DNA of 64,000 nucleotides, taken from the IMG/VR virus record IMGVR_UViG_3300028410_000746; one strand, given 5' to 3'. Made by a program: the position numbers and the translations under genes. The DNA comes from a virus. Its lineage: Duplodnaviria > Caudoviricetes. A model generated the notes under the pieces. The model did not search any database. It worked only from the letters and a program-made list of their open reading frames with translations, and was not told the origin of the DNA. Positions 63,169 through 64,000 of this stretch are shown here, piece by piece; within the stretch, counting starts at the first letter, position 1, and each line of letters opens with the position of its first letter.

Positions 63169-63999
63169 TTAGTGGATCATCAGTTGCGGTTTGGGATGCC
63201 AGTTACGCGAGAGTTGATGAGAGCAGGGAAGCACGGTCTCTAAAAGAATCGACAGGGCCTCCCCGGACTTGATCTCACTACCGCTAAAACGCACCACACT
63301 ATACCCCCTCGCCAAGAACGACTGATCACTCTGAGTGTCTGATGCCGCCTTAATCCGAGGATCTATAAACACAGTATCAAGACCGTGGAAGGCTTCCCCG
63401 TCGCACTGAACAACGACCACACGACCGGAAGCATCACAGAGCTGTAAATCGGCTTCCCAAATTTGACGGTCGATTCCCGTGCCAAAAGTATACCAAGCGT
63501 TTCGTCTCCGAATTGAAACGCCCTCGCCTGCCAACTGCCCCACCAACAGAGCTTCCAAGCTTGACGGTCCGGTTAACCGTTGGAAGTGTTCCACACGGCC
63601 TTCCGTAGACAGCGTGTCCCACCACCTACGAAAACCGACGTGGGCGGCTCGAATAGACCGACGATTCCCCCGAGACACAACTGCGCAATAGGCTTCTTCG
63701 TCGTAAACGGTCAAAAACAGGGCACGGGCTTGGGAGTACCCCAACCCGAACTGAGACATGGCATACCTAACCCCTTCCCGTGATACCACGTCCGCCACCG
63801 CGCGAGCAGATAGCGTACCAGGATGGAGACCCTCAAAGGTCTCAAAGAGGTACTCGATACTCAAAGGCTTCCAGGCCTCATACGACCTCTTGCTCATCTG
63901 GGAGCCTACAGAAACGCAGCGAGGGCACCTCTTCGCTTGAGAGCCCTTTTTGTCATAGACCTCCCAAACCGATCCACATTTCCGGCAAGTGAGTTGACA
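63169..63999 (-). CDS. Zn-finger plus HTH plus DUF559/Vsr-like endonuclease; N-terminus beyond the window
   Basis: Frame open to the edge: CRKCG...CPRC; ADLQLCD...VVVQCDGEAFHG...RGYSVVRFSGSEI. Confidence 0.75.
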   Translation of the reverse strand, partial: CQLTCRKCGSVWEVYDKKGSQAKRCPRCVSVGSQMSKRSYEAWKPLSIEYLFETFEGLHPGTLSARAVADVVSREGVRYAMSQFGLGYSQARALFLTVYDEEAYCAVVSRGNRRSIRAAHVGFRRWWDTLSTEGRVEHFQRLTGPSSLEALLVGQLAGEGVSIRRRNAWYTFGTGIDRQIWEADLQLCDASGRVVVVQCDGEAFHGLDTVFIDPRIKAASDTQSDQSFLARGYSVVRFSGSEIKSGEALSILLETVLPCSHQLSRNWHPKPQLMIH

Positions 64000-64000
64000 C

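Overview
A 64-kb, GC-rich, gene-dense segment of a large (jumbo-type) myophage genome. Most genes are on the minus strand and use standard code 11. There is no rRNA, capsid, terminase or cas gene in the window. Tail and virion genes sit at both ends: a LamG/Ig protein at the left; a 1520-aa tail sheath, neck/terminator-like genes and an actin-like ATPase at the right. Between them are host-like genes (groES, groEL, lon with a class-3 LAGLIDADG intein, gyrB-type topoisomerase subunit, ECF sigma, dut, gmk, orn, DHH, CYTH, NUDIX, macro domain, PAP2, cold-shock protein) and many small hypothetical genes behind sigma70-type promoters. A lipoprotein with Cys-rich and EGF repeats suggests a Myxococcota/Bradymonadia-like host (inference). 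The most unusual part is the RNA-rich island at about 5-13 kb: (i) a cas-less type I-E-like CRISPR array (9 repeats); (ii) a second copy of its 140-bp leader driving one solitary repeat; (iii) two tandem ~110-nt structured RNAs with compensatory changes, apparently co-transcribed with a Phe-scaffold amber (CUA) tRNA; (iv) two adjacent tRNA-like genes whose stems fail or are weak in cis but pair across copies, giving a tRNA with a circularly permuted tRNA nested in its anticodon loop; (v) several armless tRNA-like elements. All calls come from reading motifs and base-pairing by eye. No database search or folding program was run.
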